Shown here in pieces: positions 42,798 through 52,577 of a DNA stretch of 64,000 nt. This DNA is from Candidatus Hydrogenedentota bacterium. GTDB taxonomy: Bacteria; Hydrogenedentota; Hydrogenedentia; Hydrogenedentales; SLHB01. A program made the position numbers and the translations under genes. Below the pieces are notes generated by a model that saw only the letters and a list, made by a program, of their open reading frames with translations, searched no databases and was not told where the DNA came from. Positions within the stretch are counted from its first letter, which is position 1. Each line of letters begins with the position of its first letter. The stretch is from assembly GCA_963745075.1 (NCBI GenBank), contig CAVUWV010000030.1:30647-94646 (forward strand), read 5' to 3'.

Positions 42798-42814
42798 TGC
42801 AGCGACTGCGCCAA
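42798..42814 (-). promoter_or_regulatory. Possible sigma-54 promoter
   Basis: Minus strand TTGGCGCA-GTCG-CTGCA (GG-N10-GC), about 100 nt before the GTG start; more degenerate than the other two. Confidence 0.55.
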
Positions 42815-42972
42815 CTTCTTACGACGTTCATTATACAACATATGGGTGTAAGCAGAACCTGTCGAGGGCCAAATTGGCTTTGTTGTGGACGCTTCCAACC
42901 GGTTTCTGGTAGCTTCTATCCCATGTACCTGTGCGTAATTTCGGGTTTATACCGTTTTCGAGGAGGACACTG

Positions 42973-43740
42973 ATGAGTCATGAGCGATCGATACTTTCAC
43001 GTCGGGCATTGTTGCAGGGTGCGGCGTTGGCGGGCGGTGCGTGTGCGCTGGGGCCGGCCGTGAGCGCCGCGGCTGTTCAGGAAAGCGCAGCCCCGCCGCT
43101 GAACGCGGGTGACGTGGTCCTGTTCCAGGGAGATTCCATCACGGACGCAGGCCGAAACCGGGACGCCGTGGGCGCGAACGATCCGCATGGGTTCGGCTTT
43201 GGTTATCCCTTCATGATTGCGTCGCGGATGCTCGGGGTGTATCCGGGACTGAAGTTGCAGTGTTACAACCGCGGTATCAGCGGGAACAAGGTCCCGGATC
43301 TCCAGGCCCGATGGCAGACGGATACGCTGGACCTCAAGCCGAACGTGCTGAGCATTCTGATTGGCGTGAACGACATCTGGCACAAGCTCGATGGGAAATA
43401 CGATGGTACGGTCGAAGACTACGAAGAAGGTTTCGCGGCGTTGCTGGCGGAGACGATTCAGGCGTTGCCGGGCCTGAAGCTGATCATCTGCGAACCGTTC
43501 GTGCTGCGGTGCGGCGCGGTGAACGACCAGTGGTTCCCCGAGTTCGACCAACGGCGCGAGGCGGCGAAACGCGTTGCCGATCTCGCGGGGGCGACTTGGG
43601 TGCCGTTCCAGTCCATGTTCAATGATGCGATCAGCGATGCGACTCCACCGGAATACTGGGCTGCAGACGGCGTGCATCCAACGATGGCCGGTCATGCGCT
43701 AATGACAAAGACCTGGCTCGACGTTACGGGTTTGGGATAG
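42973..43740 (+). CDS. Tat-exported SGNH/GDSL hydrolase
   Basis: RBS AGGAGG; SRRALL Tat motif; FQGDSITD, NRGISGN, IGVND, DGVHP. Confidence 0.92.
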   Translation: MSHERSILSRRALLQGAALAGGACALGPAVSAAAVQESAAPPLNAGDVVLFQGDSITDAGRNRDAVGANDPHGFGFGYPFMIASRMLGVYPGLKLQCYNRGISGNKVPDLQARWQTDTLDLKPNVLSILIGVNDIWHKLDGKYDGTVEDYEEGFAALLAETIQALPGLKLIICEPFVLRCGAVNDQWFPEFDQRREAAKRVADLAGATWVPFQSMFNDAISDATPPEYWAADGVHPTMAGHALMTKTWLDVTGLG

Positions 43741-43851
43741 GGCATCGAGGCATTTTCATTTTCGGCGTCTTCGTCTCAGTCTGGCGAAGGCGCCGGTTTG
43801 TCTTCATGGAACGCACGCGGCTGAGCTGCACGCCGTACAGGAGGTCAGACC

Positions 43852-44349
43852 GTGACCAAACTTCATTTTCCCAAGCCGTTCGAGCACACCCACGCGCCGG
43901 TAGCAAACGTCAATGAAATCGTCCAGGAGCGCATGACGGTCGGCCAGCACGCCGCGGACACGGTGGCGCGGGTGGCCGGCTCCTGGGGGTTCATCATCAC
44001 CCAGTCGGTCATCCTCACGGGTTGGGTGATCCTGAACATCACCGCGTGGGCCGCCCACTGGGACCCCTACCCTTTCATCCTGTTGAACCTTTTTTTGTCC
44101 TTGCAGGCGGCCTACACTGCGCCCATTATCATGATGAGCCAAAACCGGCAAAACATCCGCGACCGCATCGAAGCCCATCAGGATTACTTGGTAAACCAAA
44201 AGGCCGAGGAAGAGATCCGCGCGGTCTTGAATCATCTTGCGGCGCAGAACCACGCGCTCGAGGAGATTCACGCCGCACTGGCGAACGGCGCCGCCGGAGC
44301 ACGGGGCAATGATGCGCGGGCCAACGATCCAACGGCGCCTGAGCGCTGA
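43852..44349 (+). CDS. DUF1003 domain membrane protein
   Basis: RBS AGGAGG; GSWGFI, WDPYPFILLNLFLSLQAAYTAPIIMMSQNRQ. Confidence 0.92.
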   Translation: MTKLHFPKPFEHTHAPVANVNEIVQERMTVGQHAADTVARVAGSWGFIITQSVILTGWVILNITAWAAHWDPYPFILLNLFLSLQAAYTAPIIMMSQNRQNIRDRIEAHQDYLVNQKAEEEIRAVLNHLAAQNHALEEIHAALANGAAGARGNDARANDPTAPER

Positions 44350-44382
44350 CGGAAGCGCGCGAGCCGAATGCTCGGTGCGACC

Positions 44383-45714
44383 TCAGATACGCCACGGTCC
44401 CCGCATGGAGCGGGTGAGCATCCGTTCGGCGGTGGAGTCATCGAGGATTTGCTCGTTGACGGGATCCCATCGGATTTTCCGTTGTAGTTTCATGGCGATG
44501 TTGCCGAGGTGGGCGGGCGTGATGGAGCGATGGGCGATCTCGATGGGCGCGGCGGTCCGCTCCCGCGCGCGAACGCAGTGAATGAAATTCTCGTAGTGGC
44601 CGTGGCTGGCATAGAGGTGGATTTCATTGGGGCCAATCCGTTCCTGTTTCAGTGACGCCGGTTCGGACCCGCCTTCCAAATCGATCCAGCCGTCGGTGCC
44701 TTCGAAACGAACGCCGTGGGGCAGCTTGCTCGACACGATCATGGTGTAGCCTTCGGCATAGGTGCAGCGGAACTCGAAGTCCGTGGCCGTGTTGTTCAGC
44801 CAGTCGTTCGGGTAGACCGCCTCTCCTACCACCTCCACCGGACCGGACAACTCGGTGCCCATGCCCCAGTGGGCCATGTCGATCATGTGCGCGCCCCAAT
44901 CCGTGACCTGTCCCCCGGAGTAGTCGTAGTTCCAGCGAAAGGTGAAGTGGCAACGCCGTAGCGTGTACGGCGCCCAAGGCGCGGGACCGAGCCAGCGGTT
45001 GTATTCGAGGTTGGGCGGTGGATCGGTAATGGGGTTGTCGGGTACGGCCAGGGTTTGTCCGCCCGGCAGGCCGACCTTGATGGTATGCAGCTTGCCGATA
45101 CGCCCGTTACGGACCAGTTCGCACGAGTAACGGCATTCGTCGCTGGAACGGCGCTGGCTGCCGGTCTGAAACACGCGGCCGTATCGCTGCACCGCGTTGA
45201 CCATGGCCTGGCCTTGTTGGATGGTCAAGGACAGCGGCTTTTGACAGTAGATGTCCTTCCCCGCTCGCGCAGCCTCCACGACGACAATGCCATGCCAGTG
45301 ATCGGGCGTGGCGATGGAGACCGCGTCGATGTCGTCGCGCGCGAGGAGTTCTTCGAAGTAGACGTATTCGTCGACGCCGTTCCAGGCGCCGCTCGTCGTG
45401 TTTGCGCCGTAGTGTTCCTTGAGGGCTTGCACCGCCTGGGCGCGTCCCCGAAACCAGCCGCGCTCGTAGTTCTCGCTGCCGGAATCCACGTCGCACACAG
45501 CAACCATCTGCACGCCGCGCACACCAATGAGGTTGCGCACGTCGCGGTCGCCCTGTCCGCCGACGCCGATCACACCCATGACGATGCGTTCGCTCGGTGC
45601 GACGGCACCGTCCCGCCCCAAGGCCGATGCGGGTACAATCATCGGGGCCGACGCCGCCGCGGCCGTGGCCAGGAAACGGCGGCGGGTGATCTGGTGCGGT
45701 TTGTGTTGATTCAC
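44383..45714 (-). CDS. Tat-exported Gfo/Idh/MocA oxidoreductase
   Basis: TRRRFL Tat motif; GVIGVGGQG, ATPDHWH, YCQKP, QTGSQRRS, WLGPAP, DWGAHMID. Confidence 0.93.
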   Translation of the reverse strand: MNQHKPHQITRRRFLATAAAASAPMIVPASALGRDGAVAPSERIVMGVIGVGGQGDRDVRNLIGVRGVQMVAVCDVDSGSENYERGWFRGRAQAVQALKEHYGANTTSGAWNGVDEYVYFEELLARDDIDAVSIATPDHWHGIVVVEAARAGKDIYCQKPLSLTIQQGQAMVNAVQRYGRVFQTGSQRRSSDECRYSCELVRNGRIGKLHTIKVGLPGGQTLAVPDNPITDPPPNLEYNRWLGPAPWAPYTLRRCHFTFRWNYDYSGGQVTDWGAHMIDMAHWGMGTELSGPVEVVGEAVYPNDWLNNTATDFEFRCTYAEGYTMIVSSKLPHGVRFEGTDGWIDLEGGSEPASLKQERIGPNEIHLYASHGHYENFIHCVRARERTAAPIEIAHRSITPAHLGNIAMKLQRKIRWDPVNEQILDDSTAERMLTRSMRGPWRI

Positions 45715-45848
45715 GTGAAGGTTCCAGTTCGTCGTTGATGTGAATCATTCTGCACGTGCGACGCGGACGTGTAAAGCGGACAGTCAACTGCTGGAAGGTC
45801 TGCCCTCACGCGACGTGGCAGTTGCGGGAATTGTCGATGGGCACGGAT

Positions 45849-45935
45849 GTAGCGCAGGCGTTTCGTCTGCAACCGTACGGCAAACTTCGACACTAAGGTA
45901 TACCCCCACGGTTGCAGGCGAGATGCCTGCGCTAC
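45849..45935. repeat. GTAG-type REP doublet
   Basis: GTAGCGCAGGCGTTTCGTCTGCAACCGT ... ACGGTTGCAGGCGAGATGCCTGCGCTAC, a 28-bp imperfect inverted repeat right after the maeB stop. Confidence 0.75.
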
Positions 45936-45938
45936 GAC

Positions 45939-48206
45939 TCACTCCGCGACGCCTTGTTCTGCGGCATCAACCGCGGCGATGGCGGTCATGTTGACGACAT
46001 CGACTTCGTTGAACCCACCGTATTGGAGGAGGTGCACGGGCTTGCGCATGCCGAGCAGGATCGGTCCGATAGCCTCCGCGCCGCCGAGGCGTTGCACGAG
46101 TTTGTAAGCAACGTTTCCGGCCTCGAGTGTCGGAAAGATCAACACGTTGGCGCCGCCGCCACTAAGCCGGCTGAACGGGAACTGCTCTTCGAGGATGGAA
46201 GGCGTCACCGCCGTATCGGCTTGCATTTCGCCGTCGGCGATGATGTCAGGTTCGCGGTGTCGCAGGATTTCGACGGCTTTACGCACTTTTTCGGACTCGG
46301 GAAACCGGCTGCTGCCGAAGTTGCTGAAGGTGACCAAGGCCACGCGAGGCTCGATGTTGAAGCGGCGAACGCTGCTCGCGCAGAGGATGGCAATGTCCGC
46401 CAGATCCTCGGCGCCCGGGTTTACGTTTACCGTCGCGTCGGCGAAGAAATAGATCTTCTCCTTGAGCACCAACATATACATGCCGGCGACGCGACGCACG
46501 TCGGGACGCGCGCCGATGACTTCCAGTGCGGGCCGGAGCGTGTCCGGGTAGCTGGAAGTGAGCCCCGAGACCAACCCATCGGCGTCGCCCATGTGAACCA
46601 TCATCGCGCCGAAATAGTTCCGGCGCGTGACAAAGCTGCGGGCCATCTCCCGCGAGACCCCTTTGCGCTGGCGCATGCGGAAGAACTCCTGCTCGTACCG
46701 GGGAAGACGTTCGCTCTTGAGAGGATCGATGATTTCCACGCCGCCGAGCAGATCGAGTCCCAACTCCTCGATTATTTTTCGGATGCGTTTCCCGTTGCCG
46801 AGGAGGATGGGATGGGCCATGCCCTCGTCCAGGATCGTTTCACAGGCTTTCAGTATCGGCGCGTGATCGCCTTCCGGATAGACGATGCGCTTGGGCGCGT
46901 TGCGCGCCTTGTTGATCATGACGCGCATGATCTTGCGGGAAAGTCCCAAGCGCGCTTCGAGGCGTTCACGGTATTCGTCGATGTCGATCTTCTTGCGGGC
47001 GACGCCGGTTTCGATGGCGGCTCTTGCCACCGCCGAAGCTTCCCAGATGAGCACGCGCGGATCGAAGGGCTTCGGTATGATGTAGTCGCGCCCGAACTGG
47101 AGGCGTTCTTTCCGGTAAGCCATCTCGACGGCGTAGGGCACGGGTTCGCGCGCGAGTTCCGCCAGGGCCTTGGAGGCCGCCACTTTCATCTCGTCGTTGA
47201 TGGCCGTGGCGCGCACGTCAAGAGCGCCGCGAAAGATGAAGGGGAAACCGAGCACGTTGTTGATCTGGTTGGGATAATCGCTGCGGCCGGTCGCCATGAT
47301 GACGTTTGGCCGTGCGGCGACCGCATCCTCGTACGTGATCTCGGGATCGGGGTTGGCCATGGCGAAGATGATCGGATCGTCGGCCATGGAGCAGACCATG
47401 TCCTGGGTTACCAGATTCGCGCTGGAAACCCCCGCGAACACGTCGGCATCGACCATTGCCTCTTCCAAGGTGCGGCGGTCGGTGTCGACCGCGAAGGCTT
47501 CCTTATACGGGTTCATGCCATCGGTACGGCCCTTGTAGATGACGCCTTTTCTGTCGCAAAAGAGGATATTCTCATGGCGCACGCCCAGGGTGATGTAGAA
47601 CTTGGCGCAGGCAATGCCTGCGGCCCCGGCGCCACAGAAAACCACGCGCACGTCTTCGATCTTCTTGCCGACGATTTCCAGCGCATTGAGCAGGCCCGCG
47701 CCGGAGATGATCGCGGTCCCGTGCTGGTCGTCGTGAAACACAGGGATATTCAGCCTCTCCTTGAGGCGCTCCTCGATGTAGAAGCATTCCGGCGCCTTGA
47801 TGTCTTCGAGGTTGATGCCGCCGAAGGTGGGTTCGAGGAGCGTGACGGCCTTGATGATTTCGTCGGGGTCGTGCGTATTTAGCTCGATGTCGAACACGTC
47901 GATGTCGGCGAAGCGTTTGAAGAGGACCGCTTTGCCTTCCATGACGGGCTTGCCGGCCATGGGGCCAATGTCCCCGAGGCCGAGTACCGCCGTGCCGTTC
48001 GTGACGACGCCCACGAGGTTTCCTTTTGCCGTGTATTCGAAGACATCATCCGGGTTCTTCTCGATGGCGCGGCAGGGAACGGCGACGCCGGGAGTATACG
48101 CCAGGGACAAATCCCGCTGCGTCTGGCAAGGTTTTGTTGGTGTGACTTCCAGTTTCCCGTGCCGGACCCCGGCGTGATAGTCGAGCGCTTCGTTTTGCAG
48201 GTCCAT
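45939..48206 (-). CDS. maeB: NADP-dependent malic enzyme with C-terminal phosphotransacetylase-like domain
   Basis: [61 protein letters not shown] domain DGEMQAD...GPILLG. Confidence 0.96.
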   Translation of the reverse strand: MDLQNEALDYHAGVRHGKLEVTPTKPCQTQRDLSLAYTPGVAVPCRAIEKNPDDVFEYTAKGNLVGVVTNGTAVLGLGDIGPMAGKPVMEGKAVLFKRFADIDVFDIELNTHDPDEIIKAVTLLEPTFGGINLEDIKAPECFYIEERLKERLNIPVFHDDQHGTAIISGAGLLNALEIVGKKIEDVRVVFCGAGAAGIACAKFYITLGVRHENILFCDRKGVIYKGRTDGMNPYKEAFAVDTDRRTLEEAMVDADVFAGVSSANLVTQDMVCSMADDPIIFAMANPDPEITYEDAVAARPNVIMATGRSDYPNQINNVLGFPFIFRGALDVRATAINDEMKVAASKALAELAREPVPYAVEMAYRKERLQFGRDYIIPKPFDPRVLIWEASAVARAAIETGVARKKIDIDEYRERLEARLGLSRKIMRVMINKARNAPKRIVYPEGDHAPILKACETILDEGMAHPILLGNGKRIRKIIEELGLDLLGGVEIIDPLKSERLPRYEQEFFRMRQRKGVSREMARSFVTRRNYFGAMMVHMGDADGLVSGLTSSYPDTLRPALEVIGARPDVRRVAGMYMLVLKEKIYFFADATVNVNPGAEDLADIAILCASSVRRFNIEPRVALVTFSNFGSSRFPESEKVRKAVEILRHREPDIIADGEMQADTAVTPSILEEQFPFSRLSGGGANVLIFPTLEAGNVAYKLVQRLGGAEAIGPILLGMRKPVHLLQYGGFNEVDVVNMTAIAAVDAAEQGVAE

Positions 48207-48380
48207 GCTTTCCCCTTCTTTTGCCTACGATCCGTGTGGGCACGCTGTCAGCGTACGCCCAAATAGGATAGCACGAATCGTGAGGCAACGCCTCCGCGCG
48301 GACGCGGCCGGCATTTCAACCTTGGCAAAGCTGTCCCGAGCGAATAGAATGGCGTTCAACATTTTGGGGAGGCCAGTCTA

Positions 48381-49565
48381 ATGAATGTCCGAAAGAAGGT
48401 TATCTTGCTTGTCACCTTGGCGCTGTTCGCGGGGGCGGCGTACGCGGAGTCTATCTTCGTCACGGAAAACATCTTTCCGCAGCAGGAGCTGCATTGTCAC
48501 AGCAGCAGCATCGTGCGGTGTTCGAACGGGGATTTGCTGGTGTGTTGGTTTTACGGGACCGGCGAGCGCACGGCGGATGACGTTATCGTGCAGGGTGCGC
48601 GGTTGAAGAAGGGGGCCTCCGCCTGGAGCGAACCGTTCCTGATGGCGGATTCGAAGGATCTTGCGGACTGCAACCCGGTGTTGTACATCGATCGGAACGA
48701 GAAACTGTGGTTGTTCTGGATCTCCGTCCTCGCCAAGCGGTGGGAATGCGGGATGCTGAAGTACCGGACGTTGACCGACTATCTGGGCGATGGGCCGCCA
48801 AAGTGGGATTGGCAGGACGTCATCGTGTTGAAGCCCGGTGAGGCGTTTGCCGAAGACGTTGAGTCGAAACTGAAAGAAATGCATTATCCGGAAGGTACGT
48901 GGGCCGAATATGCCCGGCCGTATCCGGAGCAACTGATCCAGGCGTCCAAGGATCCTTACAAACGTCAGACCGGATGGATGCCGCGCATTCATCCCCTGAC
49001 GTTGAAGAGTGGCCGCATCATTCTTCCGCTCTATTCGGATGGCTTCAACATGTCGGTCATGGCGATCTCGGACGACGACGGCGCGACGTGGCACGCCAGC
49101 CTGCCGATTGTCGGGTCGGGTCCGCAGCAGGGTTCCCTGATTCCGCGAAGTGACGGGACCATCGCTGCGTACCTGCGTGATGAGGGTGACCCTCCGGGGC
49201 GTATACAGATGAGTGAATCCGTCGATGACGGGGAATCCTGGTCGATTCCAGTCGATCTCGACATTCCCAATCCCGATTCGAGTTTGGAGGTCATTCCCTT
49301 GAAGAGCGGTAAGTGGGTGCTGGTCTGCAACGATACCGAAGACAGCCGGGCGCAGTTGACGGCATACGTGTCCGACGACGAAGGCAAGACCTGGAAATGG
49401 CGGCGTCAGATTGAACCATCTGACAATGAGGGCGATAACTTCTCCTACCCCTCGGTGATTCAGGCGCCGGACGGATTGATCCACATGACCTATACATACA
49501 GAGGTCCCAAGGGAAACTCGATTCGGCATACGACATTAAACGAAGAGTGGCTGCTCGGCAAGTGA
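48381..49565 (+). CDS. Secreted exo-alpha-sialidase-like BNR repeat protein
   Basis: Signal peptide; HCHSSSIV, Asp boxes SDDDGATW, SVDDGESW, SDDEGKTW; FSYPSVIQ. Confidence 0.85.
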   Translation: MNVRKKVILLVTLALFAGAAYAESIFVTENIFPQQELHCHSSSIVRCSNGDLLVCWFYGTGERTADDVIVQGARLKKGASAWSEPFLMADSKDLADCNPVLYIDRNEKLWLFWISVLAKRWECGMLKYRTLTDYLGDGPPKWDWQDVIVLKPGEAFAEDVESKLKEMHYPEGTWAEYARPYPEQLIQASKDPYKRQTGWMPRIHPLTLKSGRIILPLYSDGFNMSVMAISDDDGATWHASLPIVGSGPQQGSLIPRSDGTIAAYLRDEGDPPGRIQMSESVDDGESWSIPVDLDIPNPDSSLEVIPLKSGKWVLVCNDTEDSRAQLTAYVSDDEGKTWKWRRQIEPSDNEGDNFSYPSVIQAPDGLIHMTYTYRGPKGNSIRHTTLNEEWLLGK

Positions 49566-49595
49566 GTTTGTAGCGCTTCGCATAGTAGGTAAAAG

Positions 49596-49631
49596 AAGAG
49601 CGGGCGCTTCGTATACGAAATGCCCGCTCTT
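49596..49631. terminator. Bidirectional terminator
   Basis: AAGAGCGGGCG...TGCCCGCTCTT between convergent genes, with A/T-rich flanks. Confidence 0.7.
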
Positions 49632-49652
49632 ACTAATTGAAGCTTAAGAATC

Positions 49653-51371
49653 TCAGTAAGCCGTGAACGGTCCGGTTACGACAACCTGGACGGGGACGTT
49701 CTCCAGCGAGGTCGGAATCTGGCTTCGCGCGGACGCGTTTTCCGAGGCCAGGAACACGCGGATGGACGGCTTGCCTGATTTCGACAACCCGACGCCGTGG
49801 CCGACCACACCCGGGATGTTCAGGAGCGCCTGCGAATGGCGGGCGTTGACATTACGGACAGTCTGGAGCTTTACGACCTTACTCGCGGCGCCGGAGGCAC
49901 TTCCCGATGTGGATGACGCGCTGGCGTTGCAGAAATCAGCGGGAACGCTGTCCGTGCCTTTGACGAATGAGTTGACGGGCGTTGAACCCGATACAAAGGC
50001 TAGACCGGCGGCGGCGATATCCGTAACTTCAGTGGAATAGGTTCCGGATGAGGCGTTACGTACGCCAACGGAAGCTTCGCCGTTGCTTCCGGTCGTGCCG
50101 GATGCGCTTCCGATCGACTGGGAGTTGTAGGTGACCTCGACGGTCACGGAGGCGTTCGCGAGCAGGTTGCCAAGGTCGTCTTCCGCCCGAACCGTGATCA
50201 CCAAGTCCTTGTCGTGATTCTTGCCGCCTTTGGTATCGTAAATCACGCACCGCACGCGGGACATGGTTGCGACTGTGGCTGCGTTCAAGGGCGAAATCGA
50301 CCGCTGTGTCGGCGCTGTCGTTGACCGTCGCCGTGGTCTGCTGGACTTCATAGCCCAGCGCGCTTGCCGTGACGGTGTGATCCCCGGTGGAGATTCCATC
50401 AATAGCGTAGGCGCCATTCGTGTCGGTCGAAGCGCTCTGGCCCGTGTCTACCTGCACGGTTGCACCCGCGATACCGGCGCTGGTCAAAGCGTCTGTTACG
50501 ACGCCGGAGATCGACCCCGTCGCCACCGGGGTGCCCGTCGTGGCGCCGACCATGGAAACGCCTAAGCCGCTCAGCACGGCGTCAATGGGGTTTGCGATGG
50601 TGGAACTGGAGCTACCGGCGAACAGGAGCCCGACCGCACGGGGTTGGCCGTTTGCAGGGTCGGAGGTCCCGGACTCGAGAATGAGCGAACCGGAGTCGCC
50701 GCCCGCACTGAAGCTTCCCGGCGTGATGCGGACCTGGTTGACGAAACGGGCGACATTTTTGGCGGCCCCGCCGCATTCGTCCGAATAACCCACGTCGACC
50801 GTCACGTCGATTTCCGAGACACTGCCCGTCGTATGCCCGGTGGTACGGCCGCTTTTCTGAACGGCCTGGCCGACGGAAGCAACGAGCGTATTCGCGCTCG
50901 GCACACCGACATCCAGAATGGTTCCGTCAGTCTGGACTTGACCGGCGCGAATTTCGGCCACCGCCGCATCAACATAATTCTGCGGGGCGATTACGGCCTT
51001 GCCTGAACATCAACGGGACGAACCCGCTGAGATCGGCCACAATTCCGCTTTGTCCGCAACTTTGATCGACCATGCCCGGGCTGGTTCACGTCTTCGCCGA
51101 CAATCCCGTTATTCGCCCGCGCCAGCACATGGTTGTTGCTCAAAATGTACAGGGTTCCCGCGCCGTCCCGGACGAGCGCCCCGAGGGTCCCGCTACAGCA
51201 ATAGAGCGTGCTGTGGTCTTCGATGTTCCCGCCGCTTGTTCCCAGCGCAATGGGCCGGGCTTGGCTGACCTGATGCTCCGGCCCGGAATCCGCGTGCGCG
51301 GAGACCAGTGCCGCGCATACTACGGCAACCAGCCGGACAGTGCTCTTGAATGGAAAGATCGTGATACGCAT
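49653..51371 (-). CDS. Secreted trypsin-like (S1, Nal1-like) serine protease with carboxypeptidase-regulatory and Ig-like domains; about 3 frameshifts
   Basis: Signal peptide; CCSGTLGA, triad LSNNHV / YVDAAVA / GGDSGS, KSGRTTG, GLLFAG across ORFs 50991-51443, 50056-50961 and 49653-50417. Confidence 0.8.
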
Positions 51372-51491
51372 TTGGCTACCCTTATCATTACTTTGGACCA
51401 GATCGTCGTTAAGGCCTTGCAAACCGTTGACAAAGGGTAGCATACGTCGAAAATTGCGTCAATGACGCAAAACTAGTACGGAATTTTCGAG

Positions 51492-52547
51492 TTATCCCAC
51501 GAGATAGCGGTCGAGCCAGTCGAGAACCAGCGCCCGCATTTCGGGAAGTTCCTGGTGGGGACAGTCGAAAAGATCGATCTGGCAGTCTTCGCGGTGGCCG
51601 AACTGCTCATAAAGGGGAAGCAGATAATCCCGGACCTTTTCGACGCCGCGGGGCGGGGTCAACCCGTCCTCGCGACCGTTAAGACTCAGGCGTGGGCGCG
51701 GCACGATAAGTTCGTTGATGCCGGCGGTGTCGAAGTGTTTGAGCAGGCTGGGGACGTAGTAGTAGATGCCGTGCCGGTGCAAGCCTTTGTCTTCGATGAG
51801 GGAGTCGAAATCGGTCAGGCAGCAGAGGTCGATGCAGACCTTGATGCGTTCGTCGAGGGCGGACATCCACCAGGCTTTGGTGGAGCCCATGGACATGCCG
51901 AAGGCTCCGATACGTTCCGTATCGACTTCCGGACGGGAACACAAATAATTGAGCGCCTGCCACTCGTCGAAGAGCATCATGCCGAAGAGCACCTGGCCTT
52001 TCCAGAGCATCTCCTTGAAGGTGTCCTCTTCCCCACGCCGGCCTTCTTCAGGGTACGGTGCGCGTTCGCCAAAACACCAACTGTCGATGGCCAGGGCGAC
52101 GATACCTTTCTCCGCGTATACGGGGGCGTAGGCTTCCATGGCACGCGTGCCTTGGAGCAGTTCCATCTTCCCCACGTTGTAGTCGCCGCCGTGCCAGTGG
52201 ATGTAGAGCATGCCCGGCGCGGGGGTCTTGACCTTGTCGGGGATTAGCATCAATGCGGGGACCGGTTGGATGCCGTTGAGGTCGAGAACGAGGTGTTCGA
52301 GGGTGAAGCCGTCGTGCTGTTCGCGCTTGAGCGGTTTAGCTGCTGGTTTCCGCTTCTCCGGAAGATCGCCGAGCAGGTTCCAGAGTTCTTCCCGTCGGGC
52401 CTTTTGAAACTTAGTGAAATCGCGGTTGGTCTTCGACATGGCGGCCCACGCTCCTTCTGCAGTCATTCCGGCGGCGGCAAACAGGGCAGTGCTTCGGATG
52501 AAATCGCGCCGTATCATTCTCGAATCATTCGGTTCCCACGCATTCAT
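51492..52547 (-). CDS. Tat-exported alpha/beta hydrolase (dienelactone hydrolase-like)
   Basis: IRRDFI Tat motif; HWHGG, FGER, nucleophile GMSMG, DERIKV, PRPRL; start may be the ATG at 52517. Confidence 0.85.
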   Translation of the reverse strand: MNAWEPNDSRMIRRDFIRSTALFAAAGMTAEGAWAAMSKTNRDFTKFQKARREELWNLLGDLPEKRKPAAKPLKREQHDGFTLEHLVLDLNGIQPVPALMLIPDKVKTPAPGMLYIHWHGGDYNVGKMELLQGTRAMEAYAPVYAEKGIVALAIDSWCFGERAPYPEEGRRGEEDTFKEMLWKGQVLFGMMLFDEWQALNYLCSRPEVDTERIGAFGMSMGSTKAWWMSALDERIKVCIDLCCLTDFDSLIEDKGLHRHGIYYYVPSLLKHFDTAGINELIVPRPRLSLNGREDGLTPPRGVEKVRDYLLPLYEQFGHREDCQIDLFDCPHQELPEMRALVLDWLDRYLVG

Positions 52548-52577
52548 GGTAACGACGTTCCTCCCGGGTCCATGGTG

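Noticed and set aside
45912..47882. 656-aa plus-strand ORF
   Set aside because: Antisense shadow of maeB, typical of high-GC coding DNA; no motifs
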